From Verrucomicrobiia bacterium (GTDB taxonomy: Bacteria > Patescibacteriota > Saccharimonadia > Saccharimonadales > JAGQNK01), in assembly GCA_035489575.1 (NCBI GenBank), contig DATHJY010000003.1:53800-117799 (forward strand): 64,000 nt of DNA. Direction: 5' to 3'. The notes under the pieces were generated by a model, which was not told the DNA's origin, made no database searches, and saw only the letters and a list, made by a program, of their open reading frames with translations. Shown here in pieces: positions 27,752 through 37,317 of this stretch. The number at the start of each line of letters is the position of its first letter. Within the stretch, counting starts at the first letter, position 1. The translations under genes and the position numbers were made by a program.

Positions 27752-28402
27752 GTGAAGATCTATAAATATACCACCAAAGAGCACGCCGTACGTTTGGCCC
27801 GGTATGGCAGTTTTCGGATTGGCACACTTTATGAGTACCGGAGCACCGAGCATAGAGGCGGCATAGCTGACCCTGAAGAGGGTACAAAAACAATCCAAGG
27901 GACTATCACCGAGTACTTCGCGTCGGGTAGTGACATTCCGACTAACCTCGCCGACCTCGGCATTATCAAGGTCGATGGCGCATCTTCTAACATAACGCTG
28001 AATGACTTTAGCTTTAGGTCTTCCGTCAGCTCGGGTGATGCGTATATATGGTGTGGTTCGCTCGAGAATTCCTTGGATGTACAGCGACAATTTGAAGGAG
28101 CAGAAAGCTGTGTTGAAATATTTAACGCAAAAGGCTTCTTTGACACCCTAGACGCACTCATGCGTGATGCATACAACGTGCGGTACAAGGGCCTGCATAT
28201 AGTTGCATACAAAGAGCGGCAGGAGGAGTGGCAGAGGGAAGGCCTGGGTGTGCATCCAGGGCTTATCAAGGCACCGGCCTTTGGCGGGCAAAAAGAGATT
28301 CGGGCCATCTGGGAACCTATCCCTGGCACCACCATTGCACCCATCACGGGCCAGAATAAACGGCTTGCTGATTGCTGCAGGCTAGTGAGGGTCAGGCGTT
28401 AG
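27752..28402 (+). CDS. hypothetical protein
   Basis: 216-aa ORF. Confidence 0.4.
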   Translation: MKIYKYTTKEHAVRLARYGSFRIGTLYEYRSTEHRGGIADPEEGTKTIQGTITEYFASGSDIPTNLADLGIIKVDGASSNITLNDFSFRSSVSSGDAYIWCGSLENSLDVQRQFEGAESCVEIFNAKGFFDTLDALMRDAYNVRYKGLHIVAYKERQEEWQREGLGVHPGLIKAPAFGGQKEIRAIWEPIPGTTIAPITGQNKRLADCCRLVRVRR

Positions 28403-28421
28403 AAGCCCCACTATTTTTTAC

Positions 28422-30107
28422 TTAGCGGATGGTGACGCAGTTGACGCTGGAGCGCTCGTCATCGTCTTGCTGCATGCGTAAGGTTTTTTCGTCTGTGAAT
28501 TGCTGAGCGTTGATAGTAATTTTGGCGGGCATTTGCCACAAGTGCGCTAGTGACTCGTAGAGATTACACGTTTGCTGGCTGCTGAAGGTAAACTCGTCCG
28601 CAGCAGTGATGGTAAAACCAGCGTCACCATTCATCCAGACACGGTCCTGGGGAAAGCCGGGGGTTATGCCTGTGATACTTAGTGTGCGGGTGTCTGGCGT
28701 TGGGCTGGGGTCTTGCGGGGAGCCTTCTGTATTCAGCAGCACGTGCTTGGCGTGTACATGAGACAGAAACAGGTTGGCGTCTTTTTTTGTTACCACGGTC
28801 AGATTTTCTTGGTGTAACTCTTTTTCAGAACGAAACGCAGCGTTTTCGTGCACGGTTACCTTTTGGAGCTGTGGTCCCCGGACCGTGACCGAGACATCTT
28901 GGTTATCGATACAGAACCAGTCGCAGCCTTTGCTTCGGATATCAGAGACATTTACGGACAGTGTACTGTTCTGCAGGTCTGTTTTGACCGAGTCTTCTTT
29001 TGCCTCACCGATAACGCGGATATCTACTGAGGGGGTGGCGGCATATTCGTAGTAAACGGCCGCCTGGTCACCACTGACTTCTAGTGTCTGAAAGTCACCT
29101 ACCTGGCGAGTTACGGTTTTGTGGGCCGCCTCATATCGGTCATGAATGCGAGGGCCAAACTTGGCGCCCAGTCCGACGCTCACCGCAGCGCCGACGATAA
29201 AGACAGTCCCCAGCGCAGCCGAAACCCAGAGGGGTAGGGGCCACTTTTTGCGCAAGAAAGCCACGCCAGATCCCAGCAACAGCACCAAGGCGCTGAGCGC
29301 TACGGCCATGACCAATATCACTAGAGCTGTTTCTCCGGCACCAATTGGAAAGATACGACCCGCACTCAACAACCGTTCTGGGCTGGTCAGTACATATGTA
29401 CCGGCACCTATAGTCCAGATAATCGCAATCAAGGATATAACGGTCAGGAAGGTACCAATGGCGTATCGCGCCAATTTGACCAAAGCCCGAAACATTTCGG
29501 ACAAGGCCTGGCCTATTCGATTACCAGCTTGTTTGGCGTCGTGCTCGAAGTCTTGGCTGGACACATAGTCGGTCAGGGCTTCGATAGTTACGGGCTTGCC
29601 CTTCATCTGCAAGAAGTCGCTATTGGTCTTTGCCTTTGGGACAAGCAACCAGAGCAGGGCATAAATCATGAACCCGCTACCACCGGCAAAAGTCAGTGCA
29701 GCGAATGCGGCGCGGAAAATCCAGGCATCGATACCAAAGTATGTGCCCAGGCCCGACGCTACTCCGCCCAAGATTTGGTCGCGCGGATCGCGCAACAAGC
29801 GGCGCGATGGATAGTCCTCGGCCTGGTGCTTTTTGGAAGGCTTTTCGTCGTCGTCCTCGAAATCGCTCGGGCTGCCCAGCTGCTCTTTTAAAAACTCTAC
29901 GTCTTTGGCTACGACCACTTTGTCGGCGGTGACACCTCGTTCGGTTAGCAGTTCTGCCATGCGCAGCTCGACTTCTTCTAGCACCTCTTCGTGCTTTGGG
30001 CCTACATGTCTTTTGATGGCGTCTAGGTAGTGCCGCAGTTGCTTGTGTGCGTCTATGGCAATGGTAAATGCCGTGCGACCTAGATGAATTTTGGTTATTT
30101 CGTTCAT
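28422..30107 (-). CDS. PspC-domain membrane protein
   Basis: LLRDPRDQILGGVASGLGTYFGIDAWIFRAAFAALTFAGGSGFMIYALLWLLVP is a PspC domain; multiple TM helices; co-oriented with and overlapping PadR. Confidence 0.6.
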   Translation of the reverse strand: MNEITKIHLGRTAFTIAIDAHKQLRHYLDAIKRHVGPKHEEVLEEVELRMAELLTERGVTADKVVVAKDVEFLKEQLGSPSDFEDDDEKPSKKHQAEDYPSRRLLRDPRDQILGGVASGLGTYFGIDAWIFRAAFAALTFAGGSGFMIYALLWLLVPKAKTNSDFLQMKGKPVTIEALTDYVSSQDFEHDAKQAGNRIGQALSEMFRALVKLARYAIGTFLTVISLIAIIWTIGAGTYVLTSPERLLSAGRIFPIGAGETALVILVMAVALSALVLLLGSGVAFLRKKWPLPLWVSAALGTVFIVGAAVSVGLGAKFGPRIHDRYEAAHKTVTRQVGDFQTLEVSGDQAAVYYEYAATPSVDIRVIGEAKEDSVKTDLQNSTLSVNVSDIRSKGCDWFCIDNQDVSVTVRGPQLQKVTVHENAAFRSEKELHQENLTVVTKKDANLFLSHVHAKHVLLNTEGSPQDPSPTPDTRTLSITGITPGFPQDRVWMNGDAGFTITAADEFTFSSQQTCNLYESLAHLWQMPAKITINAQQFTDEKTLRMQQDDDERSSVNCVTIR

Positions 30108-30451
30108 AGGAATCCTTTCTCCAGTTTGTTTATTGAAGTTATCAGGCTTTTATACGATTGTTTGAGTTCCTTCAGCATGTCGTGGCCTTTGTTGGTCAGC
30201 CAATAGTATTTGCGCGGCGGGCCTTGTTCGGACTCTTGCCATTCGTAGCCCAGCAACTCCTCGCGCGCTAGCCGATTGAGCAGGGGGTAGAGGGTGCCTT
30301 CTACTACGATAAGTTCTGCCTGGCGAAGGGCTTTGATGATATCAGAACTGTACACCTTGCCGTCTTTGCAAAGCAGGAGCACACAGTAGACCAACATGCC
30401 TTTGCGCATTTGGCTGTCCGTTTGACTGGTGAGGTCGGTAGTTTCATTCAT
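30104..30451 (-). CDS. PadR-family transcriptional regulator
   Basis: wHTH: IIKALRQAELIVVEGTLYPLLNRLAREELL...PPRKYYWLTNKG. Confidence 0.75.
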   Translation of the reverse strand: MNETTDLTSQTDSQMRKGMLVYCVLLLCKDGKVYSSDIIKALRQAELIVVEGTLYPLLNRLAREELLGYEWQESEQGPPRKYYWLTNKGHDMLKELKQSYKSLITSINKLEKGFL

Positions 30452-30549
30452 ACGGTACTATGTTATACAAGGTACTATAAAAAGTCAACCACCCGGACTT
30501 GTCACGTTAATCGGCCGAATAGTGGAGGAGTTTTTGCTATAGTGAGCGC

Positions 30550-31194
30550 ATGAATACGCTCTATCTACTTGGTGGACCCCCGCGGACTGCAAAGACCACT
30601 ATCATGACTGGCTTGATAGCTAAAAGAAAAATCCAGTTTGTCGCTGCTGATGCCGTAGAGCATGGGCTGCGAAACGTCTTAACGGGCCAGCCACACCAGA
30701 TGTTGCGGGACATCGAGTTCACTGGCAGCGCAGAGCATAAAGCTTCGTTCACGGGTGGGGGCGAACGGAAACCTTTTGCCAACAGTGGTAAGGAATCAGA
30801 GCTGACGCTTCAGGCGGTTGTGGGTATGTTTGATTACTATCGTCGTAACAAAGAGTCTGTGGCGTTTGAGGGTTCGTTGTTTACGCCTGAGTGGGTGGCT
30901 GACTTCAAGCTGTCAGGTTTCCAGATTCGGGCGGCCTTTGTTGGTTACACAAATCCGTCGCATGCAGACTCGGTTATTGCTCATGCTAAAGAAAATCCCC
31001 ATGACTGGATAAACGAATGGCTGAAAAAAGAGGGCGACGAAACCGGTGTTCGGAAGTGGGTGGCCAAGCAGGTTGAAGAGTGCGCGCGCCTGAAGTCAGA
31101 AGCCGACAAGCGCGGGTATCCATTCTTTGACATTTCCAGCATGCCCTTCGACGCATACATAGACTCTGTCCGAGCCTACCTGCTTGAAGTCTGA
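30550..31194 (+). CDS. P-loop NTPase-like protein
   Basis: N-terminal LGGPPRTAKTTIM Walker-A-like loop. Confidence 0.45.
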   Translation: MNTLYLLGGPPRTAKTTIMTGLIAKRKIQFVAADAVEHGLRNVLTGQPHQMLRDIEFTGSAEHKASFTGGGERKPFANSGKESELTLQAVVGMFDYYRRNKESVAFEGSLFTPEWVADFKLSGFQIRAAFVGYTNPSHADSVIAHAKENPHDWINEWLKKEGDETGVRKWVAKQVEECARLKSEADKRGYPFFDISSMPFDAYIDSVRAYLLEV

Positions 31195-31269
31195 CTTTGG
31201 CATACTGCCGCTATTTGTTCTCGGATATGCAACTCCTAGGAGCTTGTAGAGGACTTTCCCGTCAGAGAA

Positions 31270-33018
31270 TTATTTGTCGTGGAAGATGCGCAGGCTGTGA
31301 TCGTCGCCGGGGTCTACCTCGGCATCTTTATGAGGTTTTTTAGGGTGCTCTTCTGGGTGGGGTTTTGCCGGCTCGGCTTCGGGCGCCTTGTGGTGTTCGG
31401 CTGGTTTTGGTTCCGGCTTGGGTTCGGTGGGTGGAGTGTGGTGCTCGACGGGAGGTGTGGGCTGCACAATTGGCGGCGGGCTTGCGTAGTGCGCGGGGCT
31501 GAACATGTCTTCGGGCTCATCTGGTTTGGGCTGATCGGACTTGTGATACTTGGCGTCCAAGTCTTGGCGGACCAGTTCGGGCAATGTGGGAGTGTGCGCG
31601 GGCGATGCAGACGAGTGGGGCGTGGGGGCGGTGGGATAGGAGGGTGAGGGCAAGATTCGCCGCCTACTTCTACGCCGGAAGATCACTAGCGCTGCTGCGC
31701 CAACACCGCCAAACAGCAGGATTGGCAGGACTATCTTCCATGGGTTTAGCTTTTTGTCTCCTGATGCGCTGGACTTTGACTCAGAGGCTGGTTTGAGGTC
31801 GATGGTAACCAGTTGGGGCGCAGCTTCTTCGGCGCCAGGAAGGGCGATCTCTGCCGATATGTCGGTGGTCAGGTCGTCTTTTGTGGCCCTGATAGACACT
31901 GCGCCTTCGGGGACGATCAACTGAGCAATGCCCGCGTCGTCGGTAGATGCATCGACTGTATCGGTCTGAACGCTGGCTCCCAGAACTGGCTGACCTTGAG
32001 TGTCGACTACTTTGACACGAATACTTATGCCTTTGGTAGAGAACTTACCATCCAGTGTAACTGGTCCGGCACCGTCGTCGCTGGTGATACGCACGGCATA
32101 TTCCGTGCCGGCACGAATGACATCGCCCTGCACGACTAACCGGTGGGTAGTCGTTTTGGCCTGATCGACAACATCGTACGGCATATTCTTGTCGGTGTAT
32201 CCATAGTTGACCTTGCCGCTGGCTGGCTTGTTGGTCTCCCAGTTGAGGACGGCCGAACGATATCCAACCTCCGTGATGGAGAAGTTGGATATTTTGAGGT
32301 TAGAGGCCGAGGGGGCTGACTCGGTCTGGGGCACCGTAGCCGTGGGCGTTGTGGAAGGCGCTGGTCGTGATGAGGAGGGACGGGGTGTGGGAGAGGGGGC
32401 GGGGGAAGGTTTTGGTGCTGGAGCGGGTGCGGGCGTTGGTGCTGGCGAGGGCGTCGGTGCGGGGGGTGGCGGGGCTGGTGCGGGCGGTGTAACAAAGGTG
32501 TAGTCACCCCGGCCGGTGGTAAAGGAGATACTGTTGTTGGGATAATTGACCATATAGCAACTCGCTAAGGGTGTAATACCAAATGTGCCCGTCCTTCTTG
32601 CTCTGAAAGTAATAGTTGCGTAGTGAAAATCACCTGCCGTCGAGACGTTTCGGGTGCTTTGCATTTTGATAGTGCCCGTGCCGGTAGTGCTGGGTGTATG
32701 TTGTGTTGCGGCGTTTTGGTTGGGAAAGTCGGTGCCACGCTGGATGCTCAGCACCTGCAAACCCACACCGTTATAGTTCATATCTACAAAGGCGGCGTTA
32801 ATAGCGCTGGTTGACCTGACCCGTACCTGCACAGAAAATGTCTCGCCCACATTCCTGGTGCCCGTGGTCGGCGAGATATAAATATATCCAGCGGCAGCTT
32901 GGGCTTGAATGAGGAAGTAGCTGCCTATAGCCATGAAGGAAACAACGGTAATAATGGCCAGCCGCTGCCTAAAGCGCCCTAGTTTGATTTTCTGTATGTG
33001 TGTTTTGTATCTATTCAT
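31270..33018 (-). CDS. cell-surface protein with Pro-rich linkers, FN3-like domain and single TM anchor
   Basis: signal/TM at N-terminus; (PAPxP)n low-complexity; NWETNKPASGKVNYGYT FN3-like; TM ILLFGGVGAAALVIF then RRRSRRR; Pro-rich cytoplasmic tail. Confidence 0.5.
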   Translation of the reverse strand: MNRYKTHIQKIKLGRFRQRLAIITVVSFMAIGSYFLIQAQAAAGYIYISPTTGTRNVGETFSVQVRVRSTSAINAAFVDMNYNGVGLQVLSIQRGTDFPNQNAATQHTPSTTGTGTIKMQSTRNVSTAGDFHYATITFRARRTGTFGITPLASCYMVNYPNNSISFTTGRGDYTFVTPPAPAPPPPAPTPSPAPTPAPAPAPKPSPAPSPTPRPSSSRPAPSTTPTATVPQTESAPSASNLKISNFSITEVGYRSAVLNWETNKPASGKVNYGYTDKNMPYDVVDQAKTTTHRLVVQGDVIRAGTEYAVRITSDDGAGPVTLDGKFSTKGISIRVKVVDTQGQPVLGASVQTDTVDASTDDAGIAQLIVPEGAVSIRATKDDLTTDISAEIALPGAEEAAPQLVTIDLKPASESKSSASGDKKLNPWKIVLPILLFGGVGAAALVIFRRRSRRRILPSPSYPTAPTPHSSASPAHTPTLPELVRQDLDAKYHKSDQPKPDEPEDMFSPAHYASPPPIVQPTPPVEHHTPPTEPKPEPKPAEHHKAPEAEPAKPHPEEHPKKPHKDAEVDPGDDHSLRIFHDK

Positions 33019-33288
33019 TGGCGAAAGCTCTCTTGGTAGTTTACAGAAAGAGTCTGCACCTATCTACCTTTCGCTCTGCTTTCAACCGGCCATGACCGGC
33101 CTGTAAGCAGTTAACGACGGGGCAGAGCAGTTACGATATCGTCCAGATAGGCTGCTAGCTTGAGGGCTTTTGAGCCGACTTCGCGGCTAACCGCAGGAGC
33201 TAGCCGCTCTGAGTTGTCATCCTGCGCTGCATCTACTAAAGATCCCAGCGTTTCAAATCCGTTATTGTAATGCTCTTTTTGCTCATGC

Positions 33289-34215
33289 TTGCATCCGGAA
33301 GGATATCAGGCATTATTAATTTCTATGTGGCCCGAGCGTAATGGAGGTAAGGAAAACGGAGAAAAGATAGCGGCAACAGCTGTCGAGACATACTTGCAAT
33401 TTGCCCAAACCACCCCGCCTCGCACTGAATTGCAAAGACTGATTGGGGGCATGCGACAGGATATAAGTGATCGCTATGTGGGTATGGTTTGTAGCGGCGC
33501 TTATCTTGACCTAGCTTTGCACCCCGACACGCCCAGTGAAGAAGCGCTGGGACTTGTAGATCAGGCTTTTGAAGAATTCCACGGCTTAGACTCTGATGAC
33601 TGGGAAAAGGCGTCGCCCGAAGAGTTGTCTTATCTATACCGGACATCTCTGTACGAGGCGTATGCATCAAAGTACAAAAAGACTTTGATAGGAGATGCGC
33701 TCAATCTGGCAGACGAAATAGATCTGTACAATCGGTTTCTGTACCTTGCTCATACCATGGTAGACCCTGCACCGTATCTGACCGAGGGGGCAGAGGTGCG
33801 TGGTGTGCAATTTGAGGCAAGCGTGCACTTACTGAACGCACGGTTCAATGTACGGCATCGCGGGATGCTTCAATCGGCCTGGCCCAGCCTGCCCCGCGAA
33901 GACGACCCACACGACTTCAAGCGCGCTAGCACGGCTTGGGATATTGCCGTTAGTACCGTTGATTTTATGGATCAGTCAGAGCGCAAACTTGTCCAGCTGA
34001 AGGCAGTCAAAGACAGCAGCAGATATGACCCAGCCATAACGGTCATTGTGGGCAAGACGCATTTATACACGCAGAATAGCGAAGATATTCTAAGAACAGC
34101 AATACAAGAATCCTACCCCAGCTCTGAAACGCATCGTACGCAAGCCGAAGCAAAAATGAATATGCACGAGCGTTACTTAATGGAACGATTGGGCTGGCAG
34201 TTCACGGATGACTAA
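33289..34215 (+). CDS. hypothetical protein
   Basis: 308-aa ORF (TTG 33289; ATG 33325 alternative). Confidence 0.4.
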   Translation: MHPEGYQALLISMWPERNGGKENGEKIAATAVETYLQFAQTTPPRTELQRLIGGMRQDISDRYVGMVCSGAYLDLALHPDTPSEEALGLVDQAFEEFHGLDSDDWEKASPEELSYLYRTSLYEAYASKYKKTLIGDALNLADEIDLYNRFLYLAHTMVDPAPYLTEGAEVRGVQFEASVHLLNARFNVRHRGMLQSAWPSLPREDDPHDFKRASTAWDIAVSTVDFMDQSERKLVQLKAVKDSSRYDPAITVIVGKTHLYTQNSEDILRTAIQESYPSSETHRTQAEAKMNMHERYLMERLGWQFTDD

Positions 34216-35150
34216 GCTGCTATTTTTAGAAACTTTCGGCCAGCGGCCATGTTGATACCTTGCTGCATGCCGGCCACTAGCAGGTGTGGTGCCAAGTTTC
34301 TGTTGGCAATATCTTGCTGTATTTCGGCTCGTGCTTGTTCGATCTCTTCGTCGGTTTGGGCGCGGATGGTCTGGTGCAGGTCGTTTTTTGCCAAGCTGTC
34401 AGCGACAAAGAAAATACCCATTTCGCGTACCATATCTGGGTACAGGCTGGCGATTTCCTGTGCCATGTCCTCGAATTCCTCGGACTCTGTAAAGGCGATG
34501 GTGTAGCCAAGCTCGCTGTCCTTGGCTTTGTCACGTAGCTTGCCAAGCTCGTAGTGCAGTTGGGCGCACTGGGCCACGTACTCTATTTGGTCTTCTGTCA
34601 TGCCAAATTTGGCAAAGCGATCCTTCCAGGCCCGGACAATGTTACCAGACTCGGCCTCGTGACCAGCAAAAGTAAACATGGGGTTGCCGTCAGCGTCATC
34701 GCCTCTGTATTGTCGCTTGGCGAACTTACCGTAGTCGTGGGTAGGGGCGGCAATCCTCAGCAAGTCCCACTTGGACATGCTGTCTATAGATTCATCGGCC
34801 AGACCTAGTTTGCTACCTCCGGTATCGGGGCCAAACCACTCCTCGGACTCAAGGAGGCCTGGGACGATGTCGTCAAGATATTTACCAGTCATTAGGGTGT
34901 GTCGTATGATGCCCCACTGATGCCATTTGGAATGCATTTCTGTAGCGTTGGGGTTTTCGGCAAACTGGTCCCGGTGCGGGTCGTCCGGGTTTTCATAGCG
35001 TTCACTGTTAACAAGTTCGTTGGCCCATTCAGGTAGCCTCTTTTGCAATTCCAGTACGATCTCGTCCGGGCTTAGTTCGGGATTGCCCAAGCTCTCCTGC
35101 GGGGCAGGTTGGTGTGACATATCTGGTTGGGGCGCCGAGTCTGTGTTCAT
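34212..35150 (-). CDS. HD-domain phosphohydrolase-like protein
   Basis: H...HD motif (HQWGIIRHT...AAPTHDYGKF). Confidence 0.45.
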   Translation of the reverse strand: MNTDSAPQPDMSHQPAPQESLGNPELSPDEIVLELQKRLPEWANELVNSERYENPDDPHRDQFAENPNATEMHSKWHQWGIIRHTLMTGKYLDDIVPGLLESEEWFGPDTGGSKLGLADESIDSMSKWDLLRIAAPTHDYGKFAKRQYRGDDADGNPMFTFAGHEAESGNIVRAWKDRFAKFGMTEDQIEYVAQCAQLHYELGKLRDKAKDSELGYTIAFTESEEFEDMAQEIASLYPDMVREMGIFFVADSLAKNDLHQTIRAQTDEEIEQARAEIQQDIANRNLAPHLLVAGMQQGINMAAGRKFLKIAA

Positions 35151-35370
35151 GCGACTAGCTTAGCATAGCTATTGACATTTTGCTTACTATTTGTTATTAT
35201 ACTTTTAACCTAAGATTTCTCTTTTTGGCAAATTTATCATAAAACTATCGGTTTCCCTCTGGAAATCACCACAACCACACCATCTTTTTATAAGTCGCTG
35301 CCCGTAAACCTCTTTTAGAACGGCAGCCAAATGAAACAACTATAACCAATAAAATTTAAAGGAAATATAT

Positions 35371-37317
35371 ATGAATATATCTACTAACAAAACTCGTGGC
35401 GCAGCCATCCGGGCGCAAAGACGCAACCAAGACGACGCCCAGCGAGTGATAGATCAGTATGCGGCTGCTGGCCAAAAGCCTGGCAAGCGAGCCAATGTTG
35501 TCACTGACACTTTTGACAAACTCAAGGTCACTTTTTTGGGTGGACTATACGACGTGGGCGAGAAAAACATGGCCGTTATCGAGTACCAGAACGACGCAAT
35601 TGTATTGGACTGTGGCATCAATTTGAGCGTTGATCTGCCCGGTATCAACTACGAGGTCAACGACATGGCGTACTTGGAAACTATCAAGCATAAACTAAAG
35701 GCCTATGTCATCACCCACGGGCACCTAGATCACATAGGTGGACTCCGGCATACGGTGCCAAAATATCCTGCACCTATTTATGGGTCACGATATACCATTG
35801 GCGTGATCGAAAAGACTTTCCAGGACGAGATTACAGAAACTGACTTTGTGCCAGAGTTTGTCACCATAGACATTGATGCGCACGAGCGTATCAAGATGGG
35901 CGCGTTTTTCGTGGAGTTCATCCGCGTTACGCACGCTATTCCTGATCCCGCGGCGGTCTGCATTGATACGCCGGTTGGGCGGATTGTTGCCACCGGCGAC
36001 TTCCGGCTGGATCCAGAGCCACTAGACAATCGGCCAAGCGACAAAGCTCGCCTGAAAGAGTTGGGTGACCAAGGCGTTCTGTTGCTGATGAGCGATAGTA
36101 GCTATGCGGATGTTGAAGGTCGTACCCCCACAGAGCACACACTGCAAAAGAGTTTTCATGACGTTATCACAAATGCCACAGGGCGCATTTTTGTGGCAGT
36201 CTTTTCCAGTAATATCAACCGCACTCAAATGATTATCGATGCCGCCGTAGCTGCTGGGCGTAAGGTAGCGTTGGATGGCCGCAGCATGATTGCTTATGCC
36301 GAGATTGCTGTGCGCCAAGGGATCTTAAAAGTTCCAAAAGGCACCATTGTATCCATGCAGCAGGCCAGCACCATCCCGGCAGACCAGTTGCTGGTGATGT
36401 GCACGGGTGGGCAGGGCGAACCAAACGCTGCACTGCAGCGCATGAGCGAGGGCCAGCACAAGTACGTTAACCTGAACCAAGGCGACACGGTCCTCATCAG
36501 CTCGTCACCAATACCCGGCAACGAAGTGTCTTATGATCACATCAGCAATCGGCTCAGCAAAAAAGGCGTGCACTTGTTTCGTCACCCAACCCACCAACTG
36601 GACGGCTGCGGTCCGCTGCACGTGTCTGGGCATGCCAAACGCGACGAATTGCGAGAGATGCTGCAGCTGGTTCGGCCCAAGTTCTTTATCCCTGTGCATG
36701 CCGGTACCTTGCGACGAACCTATCATGCCGAGTTGGGTGTGCAGGAGGGTATTCCGCGCCGGAATGTTTTCCTACCGGACAATGGCGACAGCTTATTGTT
36801 TACGGCTCAGACTGGTGAGCCCGGTGGGCAAGTGCCACATGGCAGTTTGTTGGTCGACCAGACTGGCTCTATCGTCAGTGGCATTGTCGTGAAAGACCGT
36901 CTGATGCTGAGTGAAGAAGGTATCTTGGCGGTTGTCCTAACCATAGACAAGAAATCCGGCAAGCTGCTAACCAGCCCCGATATCATTAGTCGTGGTTTTA
37001 TAGCCATGCGCGATAACGAGGAGCTCATGAATAGTTTTAGAGATGAACTGCGTCGGGCGGTCCAGCAGCGTTTCAAGCGAATTGACCTGGACCGTTTCAA
37101 ACTAGAAATGAAGGACCTCATTGCCCATTTTTGGTTTGAGCAAACCGGCCGCACGCCCATTGCCATTCCGGTAGTTAACGTTATCAGTGGCAAGGCATCA
37201 GCCCAAACTAGTCACGCAAGCGCCAAACAAAAACCTGGTGAAGATTTGGTGGCACTGGAACAAAAGCGTTTCCAAGAAATGCGTGCCCGCCTGCTGGGCC
37301 AAGACCAAAGAGACTAA
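35371..37317 (+). CDS. rnj: ribonuclease J
   Basis: metallo-beta-lactamase motif VITHGHLDHIGG, beta-CASP and C-terminal domain, HVSGHAKRDEL; 648 aa; ~170-nt 5' UTR after TTGACA-17-TATTAT. Confidence 0.85.
   Translation: MNISTNKTRGAAIRAQRRNQDDAQRVIDQYAAAGQKPGKRANVVTDTFDKLKVTFLGGLYDVGEKNMAVIEYQNDAIVLDCGINLSVDLPGINYEVNDMAYLETIKHKLKAYVITHGHLDHIGGLRHTVPKYPAPIYGSRYTIGVIEKTFQDEITETDFVPEFVTIDIDAHERIKMGAFFVEFIRVTHAIPDPAAVCIDTPVGRIVATGDFRLDPEPLDNRPSDKARLKELGDQGVLLLMSDSSYADVEGRTPTEHTLQKSFHDVITNATGRIFVAVFSSNINRTQMIIDAAVAAGRKVALDGRSMIAYAEIAVRQGILKVPKGTIVSMQQASTIPADQLLVMCTGGQGEPNAALQRMSEGQHKYVNLNQGDTVLISSSPIPGNEVSYDHISNRLSKKGVHLFRHPTHQLDGCGPLHVSGHAKRDELREMLQLVRPKFFIPVHAGTLRRTYHAELGVQEGIPRRNVFLPDNGDSLLFTAQTGEPGGQVPHGSLLVDQTGSIVSGIVVKDRLMLSEEGILAVVLTIDKKSGKLLTSPDIISRGFIAMRDNEELMNSFRDELRRAVQQRFKRIDLDRFKLEMKDLIAHFWFEQTGRTPIAIPVVNVISGKASAQTSHASAKQKPGEDLVALEQKRFQEMRARLLGQDQRD

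Noticed and set aside
30452-30549. Direct repeat ggtactat...ggtactat upstream of padR as a possible operator
   Set aside because: PadR operators are normally inverted repeats; only two short direct copies, and coincidence cannot be excluded.
31640-32520. Proline-codon tandem repeats (ccggcgcc.../PAPAP) looked like a possible repeat array
   Set aside because: Coding low-complexity linker within the 31270-33018 surface-protein gene; no spacer-repeat regularity, not CRISPR.
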